A stretch of 64,000 nt of DNA. Origin: Trueperaceae bacterium. Its GTDB lineage: Bacteria > Deinococcota > Deinococci > Deinococcales > Trueperaceae. A program made the position numbers and the translations under genes. The notes beneath the pieces were generated by a model. That model was given only the letters and a program-made list of their open reading frames with translations. It did not search any database and had not been told where the DNA came from. Each line of letters begins with the position of its first letter. Within the stretch, counting starts at the first letter, position 1. This document shows positions 40,091-49,374 of the stretch, one piece after another. The stretch covers positions 608,001-672,000 of the forward strand of contig OZ243956.1 in NCBI GenBank assembly GCA_965214405.1. Reading direction: 5' to 3'.

Positions 40091-40307
40091 CCTCTTCACT
40101 CACAACCAACCGTCCACTCCGGCACCCCCGCATCCGCCGACCCATACACCTCCGACCAATACACCTCGGCCTTGCTCATGTCCTGGGGGAAGGTGTAGCG
40201 CAAAGGCTCGCTGCTTCCGGCGCGCCACGCCGCCAAGTCTTGTCTTCCGCCCCTCCCGTGGCTGAACCGCTCCCCACACCCTCGGCAATCTGGTAGACTT
40301 CTCTCTT

Positions 40308-40734
40308 GCGGTGAGAGGTGTTTGATCGCGGCGCTTGCTAAAGCGCTGAGGAAAGTCCGGGCACCACAGGGCAGGGTGCCAGCTAACGGCTGGGCGCGTA
40401 AGGCGACGGCACGTGCAACAGAAAGTAGACTGCCAGGGAGGTGTCATCTCGTTCAAAAGCACCCTGTTATCCGTGAGATAACTGAACGTGCTGACAACGG
40501 GATGTTACCCCCTCCCCGGTCAAGGTGAAACGGTGGAGTAAGAGCCCACCAGCACCTTTGGTAACAAAGGTGGCTAGGTAAACCCCACCCGGTGCAAGGT
40601 CCGAAAGAGAGAGAGCCTGCTCGGCTCGTTTGCATCTCGAGGATGACCGCTCGAGGCGCTTAGCGATAGGCGCCCCAGATAGATGATCAAGGCCCCGCGA
40701 GGGGTACAGAACCCGGCTTACAGCCTCTCCCGCA
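40308..40734 (+). ncRNA. rnpB: RNase P RNA (type A)
   Basis: GAGGAAAGTCCGGGC, GCAACAGAAAG, GGTGAAACG, GGTAAACCCC, ACAGAACCCGGCTTA; terminal helix; TAGACT upstream. Confidence 0.95.
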
Positions 40735-41069
40735 CTTATTTTGCTGAAGCTTTATATGTTTTCCCGCCTAAACGTCTCTGCGTATTGAGGTGGTGGGAAG
40801 ATGGGAGGCATAAAGAAGCTTCCTACACACCCCAAGCTCTCTATCCCCACTTTTTAATGTGAGGTTGTTCACAACCCTTTTGGCACCCACTCCTTCCTGG
40901 CTGCCAAACCCCAATTTTTGACGTGCTGGACTCGCTCTCCGTGCTAAAGTCAGCGCCAGAGACGCGCGTTTTTCTTTCCTAACAATCCGTAAACCTCTAA
41001 TCTTTCCCTCTGCTAAGGTGGAGGCGAGGTGGGAGAAACGGGTTATTTCAGCCTCATTTTGGAGTTGAA

Positions 41070-41094
41070 GTGGGAGATGGTGGGAAATGGTGGA
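41070..41094 (+). promoter_or_regulatory. MraZ binding repeats
   Basis: GTGGG-N5-GTGGG-N5-GTGGA at 10-bp period upstream of mraZ. Confidence 0.8.
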
Positions 41095-41206
41095 AAAGTG
41101 TGTTAACCTGTCCCACAGAACCGGAGTGGGTGAGACGCGTGTGTTGGAGACTTAATCGAGCCTCGAAAGGCCGCCCCGCTCCGAGTTCCCGGTGGGAGGA
41201 GGGTGG

Positions 41207-41635
41207 ATGCCGTTCGGCGAGTACCAATACTCGGTGGATGACAAGGGACGCGTTATCGTGCCCCCGCCCTTTCGCAACTTCGTCGAGGACGGCATGGTCG
41301 TGACGCGCGGCATGGAGGGCTGTTTATACATCTTCCGCTTGGGCGACTGGGACCGCATCGAGAAAAGCCTCACCGACTTACCCATCATCGACGCGGAATC
41401 TCGCAACTTCGTGCGCTTTTTTTATTCGGGCGCGGCCAAGGCCAAGATAGACTCGGCGGGACGCATCACCCTGCCCGCCACTTTGCGCGTGTTCGCCGAC
41501 ATTTCGTCTAACGTCATCGTCGCCGGAGCGCCCAACCGATTAGAAGTTTGGGACGAAGACCGCTGGCTCGCGTCACTCAGCGCGGTGCAGGCGCAGCCCC
41601 CGGCCCCCGGACTGCTTAGCGAGTTGGTCGGATGA
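41207..41635 (+). CDS. mraZ: Division/cell-wall cluster regulator MraZ
   Basis: GEYQYSVDDKGR and IDSAGRI DxxGR repeats. Confidence 0.95.
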   Translation: MPFGEYQYSVDDKGRVIVPPPFRNFVEDGMVVTRGMEGCLYIFRLGDWDRIEKSLTDLPIIDAESRNFVRFFYSGAAKAKIDSAGRITLPATLRVFADISSNVIVAGAPNRLEVWDEDRWLASLSAVQAQPPAPGLLSELVG

Positions 41636-42597
41636 CGCAAACAGAACGTAACACCGGACAAGACACCGCGCAAGATGCAGCACGCCCGCACCTTCCTGTG
41701 ATGTTGGCTGAATGTCTCGAGGGCCTGCACATCAGGCCGGGAGACTGGTACATCGACGGCACCTTTGGCGCGGGCGGACACACGCAAGCGATTCTTAGGG
41801 CGGGCGGCTCGGTGTTGGCGGTTGACCGCGACGAGAGCGTGAGGGAGTATTTGGCGGGGCTCGAGGTTCCCTCCACAAGCGAACTGCGTTTTGCCGAGGG
41901 CGACTTTCGGCACTTAGACCGTTACGCGCTTGAGGCTGGGTTAGAAAGGGTGAGCGGCGTGCTGCTCGACCTGGGCGTGTCCTCGATGCAGTTAGACGAG
42001 GCCGAGCGCGGCTTTGCCTTTCGGCGTGCCGGTCCACTCGACATGCGCATGGGCGGCGACGGCCCCTCCGCCGCGGAGGTGGTCAACGAAACCCCCGCCG
42101 ACGACCTCGCCGCGATTCTTTTCAAGTACGGCGAGGAGCGCCACAGCCGCCGCATCGCGCGGCGCATCGCTGACGTGCGTGAAGAAGCGCCCATCGAGAC
42201 GACCGAGGAACTCGCCGATGTCGTCCAAAGCGCCTACCCCCCAGGGCGGCGGCGCGAGCACCCGGCCCGGCGCACCTTTCAGGCATTGCGGATTTTCGTC
42301 AATGACGAACTGGGCGCGCTTTCGGGCGCGCTCGAGGCCGCCGAACGGGTGCTGAACCCCAGCGGGCGGCTCGTGGTGTTGTCGTACCACTCGCTCGAGG
42401 ACCGCATCGTCAAACACACCCTGCGGGAGCGGGACGCGTGGCGGCCCGTCACAAAAAGGCCGCTCACCGCCTCGCCCGAAGAACTTGAAGTCAACCCTCG
42501 AGCCCGCGCGGCTAAGCTGCGCGTCGGGGAAAGGGTGGAGGCTTCTTCAAACGCTGCAAATACACCTGCGAACACACCTGCGGGGACCTCGTCATGA
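41632..42597 (+). CDS. rsmH: 16S rRNA m4C1402 methyltransferase
   Basis: HLPVM, DGTFGAGGH, DLGVSSMQLD, FQALRI.VN.EL, SYHSLEDR. Confidence 0.96.
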   Translation: MTQTERNTGQDTAQDAARPHLPVMLAECLEGLHIRPGDWYIDGTFGAGGHTQAILRAGGSVLAVDRDESVREYLAGLEVPSTSELRFAEGDFRHLDRYALEAGLERVSGVLLDLGVSSMQLDEAERGFAFRRAGPLDMRMGGDGPSAAEVVNETPADDLAAILFKYGEERHSRRIARRIADVREEAPIETTEELADVVQSAYPPGRRREHPARRTFQALRIFVNDELGALSGALEAAERVLNPSGRLVVLSYHSLEDRIVKHTLRERDAWRPVTKRPLTASPEELEVNPRARAAKLRVGERVEASSNAANTPANTPAGTSS

Positions 42598-42911
42598 CCC
42601 GGATTCAGCAAGGCGTCGTGGTTTTTTATCTCATCTTGTTAATAAGCCTCGCCGCCTTTGGCACGCGCAATCAGGCGCTCTACCGCGAGCAGCGCGAACT
42701 CATCAACCTCAAGAGCGAACGTTACGTCGTGCTGGGCGACCTGCGGAGCCAAGCCGCGACCATCACGGGACCCGCGGCGGTGCGCGCGTGGGCGCTCGCG
42801 CGGGGCATGACGAGCCCCGAGGGTCAAGAAACGGTCCAGGTCGCCCCAGCCTCCCCCCCGGCCCCACCGGAGCCCCCCAGCGGATTGGAGATTCGCACGA
42901 TATGGCGCTAA
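42594..42911 (+). CDS. FtsL-like cell division protein
   Basis: Single TM helix plus coiled coil, WALARGM; position between rsmH and ftsI. Confidence 0.65.
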   Translation: MTRIQQGVVVFYLILLISLAAFGTRNQALYREQRELINLKSERYVVLGDLRSQAATITGPAAVRAWALARGMTSPEGQETVQVAPASPPAPPEPPSGLEIRTIWR

Positions 42912-44527
42912 AACGCAGAACCGTCCACACCCCGCGTAACGAGCGCGCCAGTAACGAACGCACCCGCGATGAGGGCGCCGGTAGCGGACGCGCCAGTAAC
43001 AGACGCGTCAACCGGAGCACAAAGCCGACGAGGCGGGAAAAGGCCGAGTGGGCCTCTAAGGCTAGGGAAGCGGCGCGGGACGGGAGAGTCCGCGTAGGCA
43101 TCTACGAGATTACGGACCCCTCAGCAACGCCCGCAGCAGCTCCCACAGAGAACCCCATAGAAGCGCCCGTCCTCCAGCTCACCCGGCGCACGCTCCTACT
43201 CTTTTTGCTCGCGCTGCCCCTTTTAGCCGCGTTTTTGGGCTTCGCCTCGAGGGGGGCCACGCTCCCCGATTGGCCCAAGGCGCTCGCCGAATCCCCCCGC
43301 CGCGGCGCGATTTTGGGCTCGGACGGCACCGTCTTGGCCGAAGGCGCGGTGGAGCACCGCCGCTATCCACAAGGCACGCTCGCCGCCAACGTGATTGGCT
43401 TTAGCGGCGCGGAGCAGCCCGACGGGCGCTTTGGCCTGGAGGGGCTCGAGTTCTCCCTGGACAGCCGCCTAAATGCAGGCGAAGACGTGACGCTGACGCT
43501 CGATTCAAAGTTGCAGGCCATCGCCCAGGCCGAGGTCAAGCGGTCGGTGCTCGCCTTTAAGGCCGAGAGCGGGGCCGCCGTGATGATCGAGACGGGCACC
43601 GGGCGCGTCCTCGCCGCTGCCTCGTACCCCGACTACGACCCCAACTATCAGGGGCGCGTCCGCGACCGCGGCGACATCGCCAATCGCGCCTTTTTGCAGC
43701 AGGTCGAGCCGGGCTCGACCATCAAACCTTTTGTCGTGGGCGCGCTTTTGCAGTCCGGACGGCTCAAGCCGGGCGAAATCATCGACACCCCGATGACGCT
43801 GCGGGTGGGCGACAAAACCTTTCGTGACGTGGCGCAGCACGAGGACACGCTGCCCCTGCCGGACGTGCTGCGCTACTCGAGCAACAGCGGCATGATTAGT
43901 TTGGGCGAGCGCTTCTCGTCTCCTGAACTTTACGACTGGTACCGCCGCTACGGCTTTGGGGCGAGCGTCGACCTCACCTACGCCAACGACCGCTCCGGGC
44001 AGATGAGAACGCCCGAGGGCTGGGTGCCCCAGGACCACGCCTCGGCGAGCATCGGTCAGAGCCTCACAGTGACCGAACTGCAACTCGCCACCGCCTACAG
44101 CATTTTCGCCAACGACGGCCTCTACGTCCCGCCGCGCTTAGTCGAGGACGAGCCCTGGCGGATGCCCCACCGCGTGCTCTCGCCTGAGGTGGCGCGCGAA
44201 ATCCGCAGCATGTTGATTCACACCGTTGAAGAGAGCGGACTCAAGGTCGCCAAGATTCCGGGCGTCTTGGTTGGCGGCAAGAGCGGCACCGCCGACGTGT
44301 TCGAGCCCTCCGTCGGAGCTTACGTGGACGACGAATACACGCTCCACTTTGCCGGATTTTTCCCCGCCGACGCGCCCAAGGTGACGCTGGCGGTGTTTGT
44401 CCACAAGCCCAAACTCGAGGGCGCGACGAGCACCTTCGTCGCCGCGCCCCTTTTCGGCGCGATAGGCCGCGAGACGGTGGCGCTGTGGGGTCTGCCTCCC
44501 CGGGGCGACGCGCTCGCAAACCAGTGA
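42902..44527 (+). CDS. ftsI: Class B penicillin-binding protein (FtsI)
   Basis: RGAI, RRYPQG, GLEGLE, EPGSTIK (SxxK), SSN, KSGTA. Confidence 0.9.
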   Translation: MALKRRTVHTPRNERASNERTRDEGAGSGRASNRRVNRSTKPTRREKAEWASKAREAARDGRVRVGIYEITDPSATPAAAPTENPIEAPVLQLTRRTLLLFLLALPLLAAFLGFASRGATLPDWPKALAESPRRGAILGSDGTVLAEGAVEHRRYPQGTLAANVIGFSGAEQPDGRFGLEGLEFSLDSRLNAGEDVTLTLDSKLQAIAQAEVKRSVLAFKAESGAAVMIETGTGRVLAAASYPDYDPNYQGRVRDRGDIANRAFLQQVEPGSTIKPFVVGALLQSGRLKPGEIIDTPMTLRVGDKTFRDVAQHEDTLPLPDVLRYSSNSGMISLGERFSSPELYDWYRRYGFGASVDLTYANDRSGQMRTPEGWVPQDHASASIGQSLTVTELQLATAYSIFANDGLYVPPRLVEDEPWRMPHRVLSPEVAREIRSMLIHTVEESGLKVAKIPGVLVGGKSGTADVFEPSVGAYVDDEYTLHFAGFFPADAPKVTLAVFVHKPKLEGATSTFVAAPLFGAIGRETVALWGLPPRGDALANQ

Positions 44528-44607
44528 GGGTTGAGCCAGTGAAGGTCAAGAAGGTATATAGTGTGTAACGTGTGTAAGTTGGTAAAACGCTCTGTGAGGA
44601 GGCTCGA

Positions 44608-45972
44608 GTGCTGAGCCCCCGTCACATCGCCGCGCTCTCGCCCGTTAAGTTGAACGAGGACGGATTACGTGAGGCGTTGGGCGAGGCGCTCACCGAGACA
44701 CACACGGCTACCGGAGTGAGCTTTCACTCGGGCCGCGTGCGGCCTGGGGACGCCTTTTTCGCGCTGCCTGGTGAGCGTGAACACGGGATGCGCTACGCAG
44801 ACGCGGCACTTACCGGCGGCGCGGCGTTCGTTGTGTCCGACCGGCCCCACCCGCGCGGCGTGTTGGTGGCGGACCCGGCGGGGGTGTTGCTCGAGCTGGG
44901 CCGCGAAGCGCGCGCGGCGCTACAGGGTTCTGTCATTGGCGTGACTGGCTCGGCGGGTAAAACGAGCACCAAGGCGTTTTTATGTGCGGCGCTGGGCGTG
45001 CCCAACAGCCCCGGCAACTTCAACACGCCGCTCGCGCTCGCGCAGGCGCTTGTGGGGGCGTGGCTGGAAGGAAGAACAGGAAAAGACGAGCGCCTGGTGC
45101 TCGAGCTGGGCATCGACCACGTCGGCGAGATGGCGACGCTGACCGACCTCACCCGCCCCACCCACGCGCTGCTCACGCTTATCGCTGAGAGTCACTTGAG
45201 CGGGCTTGGCAGCGTGGAGACGGTCGCGCGGGAAAAAGGGAAACTTGTCGAGGCGGCGGAAGTTGCCTTTGTGAGCGCCCAAGCGGCACCTCTGTTAAGT
45301 CCTGAGCGGCGGAAGAAGAGCCGGGTGTATGGACTTACCGGCGACATAGCCGACGTCAGGGGGCGCATCATCGAGACGACGCCCACGGGTCAGACGCTCG
45401 AGGTGCTGGGGCAACACGTTAATCTCCCCTACCCAGGCGCGGCGATGGCGCGCAACGCGGTGGGCGCGCTCGCGCTCGCGGATTATCTTGGGGTGAATCT
45501 CAAAGACGCCGCCGCGCGGCTCTCAAGCGTGACGCTCGAGCCCGGACGCCTCCAGATGCACGCGCTGCCCGGCTTTACGCTGATTGATGACACCTATAAC
45601 AGTTCGCCCGCGGCGCTCCGGGCCGCGCTCGAGGTGCTGCGCCGCGCGCCGGGGCCGCATACGGCGGTATTGGGGGACATGCTCGAGCTTGGGGACGAAT
45701 CCGAACCCCTTCACCGCGCGGTGGGCAAAGAAACACAGGGTTTAGATACAGTCGTTACGGTAGGAAGCGAAGCGCGGTTTATCGCGGCGGAGAACTCCCA
45801 GGCACGGCATTTTGAGACGGTGGAGGAAGTACAGAACTACCTCAGCACTCTGGACTTGACCGGCACAGTTTTAGTTAAAGCGTCGCGGGGGATGAGGCTC
45901 GAGCGGCTTGTGAACTTTCTCAAAGACCGTGCTTCTAAAGACCGTGTAAGAGAAAATGAGGCGGTCGCGTGA
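44608..45972 (+). CDS. murF: UDP-MurNAc-tripeptide D-Ala-D-Ala ligase
   Basis: GVTGSAGKTSTK, NFNT, ELG, DTYNSSP, LGDMLELG, VKASRG. Confidence 0.93.
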   Translation: MLSPRHIAALSPVKLNEDGLREALGEALTETHTATGVSFHSGRVRPGDAFFALPGEREHGMRYADAALTGGAAFVVSDRPHPRGVLVADPAGVLLELGREARAALQGSVIGVTGSAGKTSTKAFLCAALGVPNSPGNFNTPLALAQALVGAWLEGRTGKDERLVLELGIDHVGEMATLTDLTRPTHALLTLIAESHLSGLGSVETVAREKGKLVEAAEVAFVSAQAAPLLSPERRKKSRVYGLTGDIADVRGRIIETTPTGQTLEVLGQHVNLPYPGAAMARNAVGALALADYLGVNLKDAAARLSSVTLEPGRLQMHALPGFTLIDDTYNSSPAALRAALEVLRRAPGPHTAVLGDMLELGDESEPLHRAVGKETQGLDTVVTVGSEARFIAAENSQARHFETVEEVQNYLSTLDLTGTVLVKASRGMRLERLVNFLKDRASKDRVRENEAVA

Positions 45973-46889
45973 ACGTGGTGCTGGGCCTCCTGTTCTCGCT
46001 CCTCTTCGTGGGCGCGTTTGTCCAGCTTGCCAAACGCTTCGGCTGGGGCAAAGCGGTCAGGCGCGACGGCCCGCGCTCGCACCTTCATAAAGAGGGCACG
46101 CCGACGATGGGCGGCGCGGCCTTCTTGCCCGCCGCGCTCCTTGCTTGGGTCGTGGTGGGCGAGAAAAGCACCGACGGCTGGGTGGTGGTCGCGCTCGTCA
46201 CCGCCGCCGCGCTCCTCGGCTGGTACGACGACTACGCGTCGCTCCAGCGCAAACGGCGCATTAGCGCGGGTGGAGAAGACGGGGACGCCTCAACGGGGCT
46301 GCTCGCGCGTTACCGGCTGGTGTTGCAAGGATTGTTCGCGCTTCTCTTTTCGATTTACGCGGTGCTAAGCGGGCATTTGCTATTTGGCATTGCGCCGCTC
46401 GACATTCTCGCCTACACCTTTATTATTACGGGCACCATCAACGCGGTGAATTTTAGCGACGGGCTGGACGGGCTCGCGGGCGGGATGGTCGCGCTCATCC
46501 TCTTGCCCTTTCTGGGTTTTTCGCTCGCGGCGGCGCTCGTGGGGGCGCTGCTCGGCTTTTTGTGGTACAACGCGCAGCCCGCGCGCGTCTTTATGGGCGG
46601 GGTCGGCTCGGAAGCGCTCGGGGCGGGGGTGGCGGGCATCGTGATTCTGGCGGGCTGGACCTGGTGGTTGCCGCTCATTGCGCTGGTGCCCCTTTTAGAA
46701 GTCGTGTCGGTGATGCTCCAGGTGAGCTATTTCAGGCTCACGAACGGCAAACGCCTTTTTAGGATGAGCCCCTTGCACCACCATTTTGAACTCTCGGGCT
46801 GGACCGAGACGCAAGTCGTCACGCGCTTTTGGCTCGTGACCGCGGCCTGCGTCGCGCTCGCCTGGAGCTTGAACGGGAGCGCACTATGA
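45969..46889 (+). CDS. mraY: Phospho-MurNAc-pentapeptide transferase
   Basis: KEGTPTMGG, NAVNFSDGLDGL, PLHHHFEL. Confidence 0.95.
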   Translation: MNVVLGLLFSLLFVGAFVQLAKRFGWGKAVRRDGPRSHLHKEGTPTMGGAAFLPAALLAWVVVGEKSTDGWVVVALVTAAALLGWYDDYASLQRKRRISAGGEDGDASTGLLARYRLVLQGLFALLFSIYAVLSGHLLFGIAPLDILAYTFIITGTINAVNFSDGLDGLAGGMVALILLPFLGFSLAAALVGALLGFLWYNAQPARVFMGGVGSEALGAGVAGIVILAGWTWWLPLIALVPLLEVVSVMLQVSYFRLTNGKRLFRMSPLHHHFELSGWTETQVVTRFWLVTAACVALAWSLNGSAL

Positions 46890-48337
46890 GGAACGCGGGA
46901 GCGCGCGTGCTCGTCTACGGGCTGGGCCGGAGCGGCGTGGCCGCCTGTCGCCTCCTGCGCGCGCAGGGTCACGAGGTGCTCTATTTTGACGAAGCGCCGC
47001 AGCCTCATGAAACCCTCGAGGTCGAAATCCTTGGGTGCAAACCGAGCCCTTCTCCCCGTGAAGCGGAGGTAAATGTGTGCATTGCCGCGCCGGGGGTGGC
47101 CTGGACGCACCCGGATTTGGCAGCGTTGCGAGGCCGCGATATCGAAACGATTGGCGAGGTCGAGTGGGTCTACCGCACCACTCGAGCCACCATCATAGGC
47201 GTCACCGGCACCGCGGGCAAAACGACGGTGACGCGCTGGGTCAGCGATACATTACAGGCGGCGGGCTTCGACGCCCCCGCGGGCGGCAACATCGGCCCCG
47301 CGCTCGCGGCGGTGGCGCTGGACGTGGATAAACCGGGTTTGGAGGGTCGGGGTTTAGAGAGTCGGGGCGAGAACGGGACGGGTACGATTTTAGTCACTGA
47401 ACTCTCTTCGTTTCAGCTCGAGCGCTGCCCCACCCTGAAACCCAAGGTGGCGGTCGTGCTCAACTTGGGCCGCGACCATTTGGACCGGCACGGCTCGGTC
47501 GAGAATTATCACGCCGCCAAGCGGGCGCTCGTCGCCCACTTAGACAAAACCGACACATTCGTCTACAACGCCGACGACCCGGTGGCGCGCGCGTGGGCGG
47601 AGGCGTCGCGGGCCAAAACGCTGGGTTTTTCCGTGACGAGTGAGGCGGACGCGCACCTCGAGCCCGGCGAGAGCGGAGACGTCCTCACGCTCCACGGTCG
47701 CGCGCTCCTGCCGGTCCGTGATTTGCGCGTGAGGGGGCGGCACTTCTACGCCAACGCGCTCGCGGTCGCGCTCGTGGGCGCGGCGTACGGGCTGGATGAC
47801 GAGGCGTTGCGAGAGTCGTTAACGCGTTTTGAGGGCGTCGCGGGGCGCTACAGCGTCGTGGGCACGCTCGGCAGTGTGGGGAGTCAAGTCACCTTTGTGG
47901 AAGACTCAATTGCCACGCGCACGCTCTCCGTCCGGGCGGCCTTAGAGGCCACGCCCGGACCCATCGTCTGGATTGGCGGCGGGGTGGACAAGGGGGCAGA
48001 ATTTGAAGAGCTCGAGGCGCTCGTAAGGGAGAAAGTGGTGCTTTTTATCGGCGTGGGCCGCTCGGGGCCCGACTTTGCAAAGAGGCTGAGCGCCTGGACC
48101 GACACTGCTTTATGTTCACAAGAGAACGGCGACGCGGCTCTCCACTGCGCCTGTGAGCGTGGATTAGAACGATTGGGTGCGAACGGTGGCACCGTCCTGC
48201 TGGCCCCCCTCGCCGCCTCATTTGACCAGTTTAGGGACTACCGGGCGCGCGCGGAAGCGTTTCGCCGGGCCGTCGGCGTGTTGGAAGCGCACGCGCCGTC
48301 CGGGTGGGGGGAGGGACGCGCGTGGACCGTCTCCTAG
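46886..48337 (+). CDS. murD: UDP-MurNAc-L-Ala D-Glu ligase
   Basis: GLGRSG, GVTGTAGKTT, GGNIG, ELSSFQLE, DHLDRH, ASFDQF. Confidence 0.94.
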   Translation: MRNAGARVLVYGLGRSGVAACRLLRAQGHEVLYFDEAPQPHETLEVEILGCKPSPSPREAEVNVCIAAPGVAWTHPDLAALRGRDIETIGEVEWVYRTTRATIIGVTGTAGKTTVTRWVSDTLQAAGFDAPAGGNIGPALAAVALDVDKPGLEGRGLESRGENGTGTILVTELSSFQLERCPTLKPKVAVVLNLGRDHLDRHGSVENYHAAKRALVAHLDKTDTFVYNADDPVARAWAEASRAKTLGFSVTSEADAHLEPGESGDVLTLHGRALLPVRDLRVRGRHFYANALAVALVGAAYGLDDEALRESLTRFEGVAGRYSVVGTLGSVGSQVTFVEDSIATRTLSVRAALEATPGPIVWIGGGVDKGAEFEELEALVREKVVLFIGVGRSGPDFAKRLSAWTDTALCSQENGDAALHCACERGLERLGANGGTVLLAPLAASFDQFRDYRARAEAFRRAVGVLEAHAPSGWGEGRAWTVS

Positions 48338-49374
48338 TCTTCGTGCAGCTCACGCTGGGGGCGCTAGGCGTTTTGGGCGTGGCCGTGAGCGCGCCCGCGG
48401 CGTGGCCGAGCCACTTAGCGCGGGTGCTGCTGGCTTTTGCCTTGACCTTTGTCGTGTCGAAGGTACCCCCCAAGGCCGTCGTCAAGGTGAGCCCCTACGC
48501 CTACTTAGGCGTGCTCCTGCTCCTCCTGGCGGTGCTCGTCTTCGGCACCTCGCCCGCCGGGAGCGACGCCAAACGCTGGCTTCTCCTGGGCGGCTTTTCG
48601 CTGCAACCTTCCGAACTCATGAAAGTCACGGTGATCGCCTACCTCACCGCCTTTTTTTATAACCACCTGGGCAACTGGCAAATCTGGCGACCGATGGTGG
48701 TGATGGGCTTCGCGGCGGGCGCCATCGTCGCCGAGCCCGACGTGAGCACGGCGGCCTTTATCTTTGCGCTGGCCTTTGCCATCATGCTGGCCGCGGGCAC
48801 GACCATCGTCCGGCTCTTAAGCATCAGCACGGCGGCGGCGCTCATCGCGGTCCTTATAGCGGGGCCATATCTAAGTCAGTTCTCGTACATCGGCGAACGC
48901 ATCACAGGGTTTTCGGACCTCTGGGGCGCGCAGACGCAGGCGCAGACGGCCTCGTATCAGGCGCTCCAGGCGCAGCGCACGCTGGTGAGGGCGGGGCTTT
49001 TCGGCGTGGGGCCGGGTCGTCCCATCGCCGTGCCCGAGGCGGATACGGATATGGTGTCTATCTCCATCGGGCACTCGCTCGGGCTCATCGGCGTCGCTAT
49101 TCTTATCGCGCTTTATCTGATGGTGGCCTCGAGGGGCACCCGCATCGCCGCCGCGCTCTCCGGGCCGGGTTCATTGTTGGCAGCGGGCGCGACCGCCTAT
49201 ATCTGTGGTCAAGCGGCGTTAAATCTGCTCGTCGCCTCCGGGCTTCTGCCGGTCACAGGCATCCCGCTGCCCTTCGTGTCCTACGGCCTTAACAGCCTCC
49301 TGTCGGTGGGCGTGGCGATGGGTTTTATCCACAGCGCCTACCGCCAAGCCGTGCGGGAGGGGGTGGCGCTGTGA
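48322..49374 (+). CDS. ftsW: SEDS protein FtsW
   Basis: AKRWL, QPSELMK, EPD, PVTGIPLPFVSYG. Confidence 0.9.
   Translation: MDRLLVFVQLTLGALGVLGVAVSAPAAWPSHLARVLLAFALTFVVSKVPPKAVVKVSPYAYLGVLLLLLAVLVFGTSPAGSDAKRWLLLGGFSLQPSELMKVTVIAYLTAFFYNHLGNWQIWRPMVVMGFAAGAIVAEPDVSTAAFIFALAFAIMLAAGTTIVRLLSISTAAALIAVLIAGPYLSQFSYIGERITGFSDLWGAQTQAQTASYQALQAQRTLVRAGLFGVGPGRPIAVPEADTDMVSISIGHSLGLIGVAILIALYLMVASRGTRIAAALSGPGSLLAAGATAYICGQAALNLLVASGLLPVTGIPLPFVSYGLNSLLSVGVAMGFIHSAYRQAVREGVAL

Noticed and set aside
40100..40635. ORFs overlapping 40300-40735
   Set aside because: They overlap the RNase P RNA gene and show no protein features.
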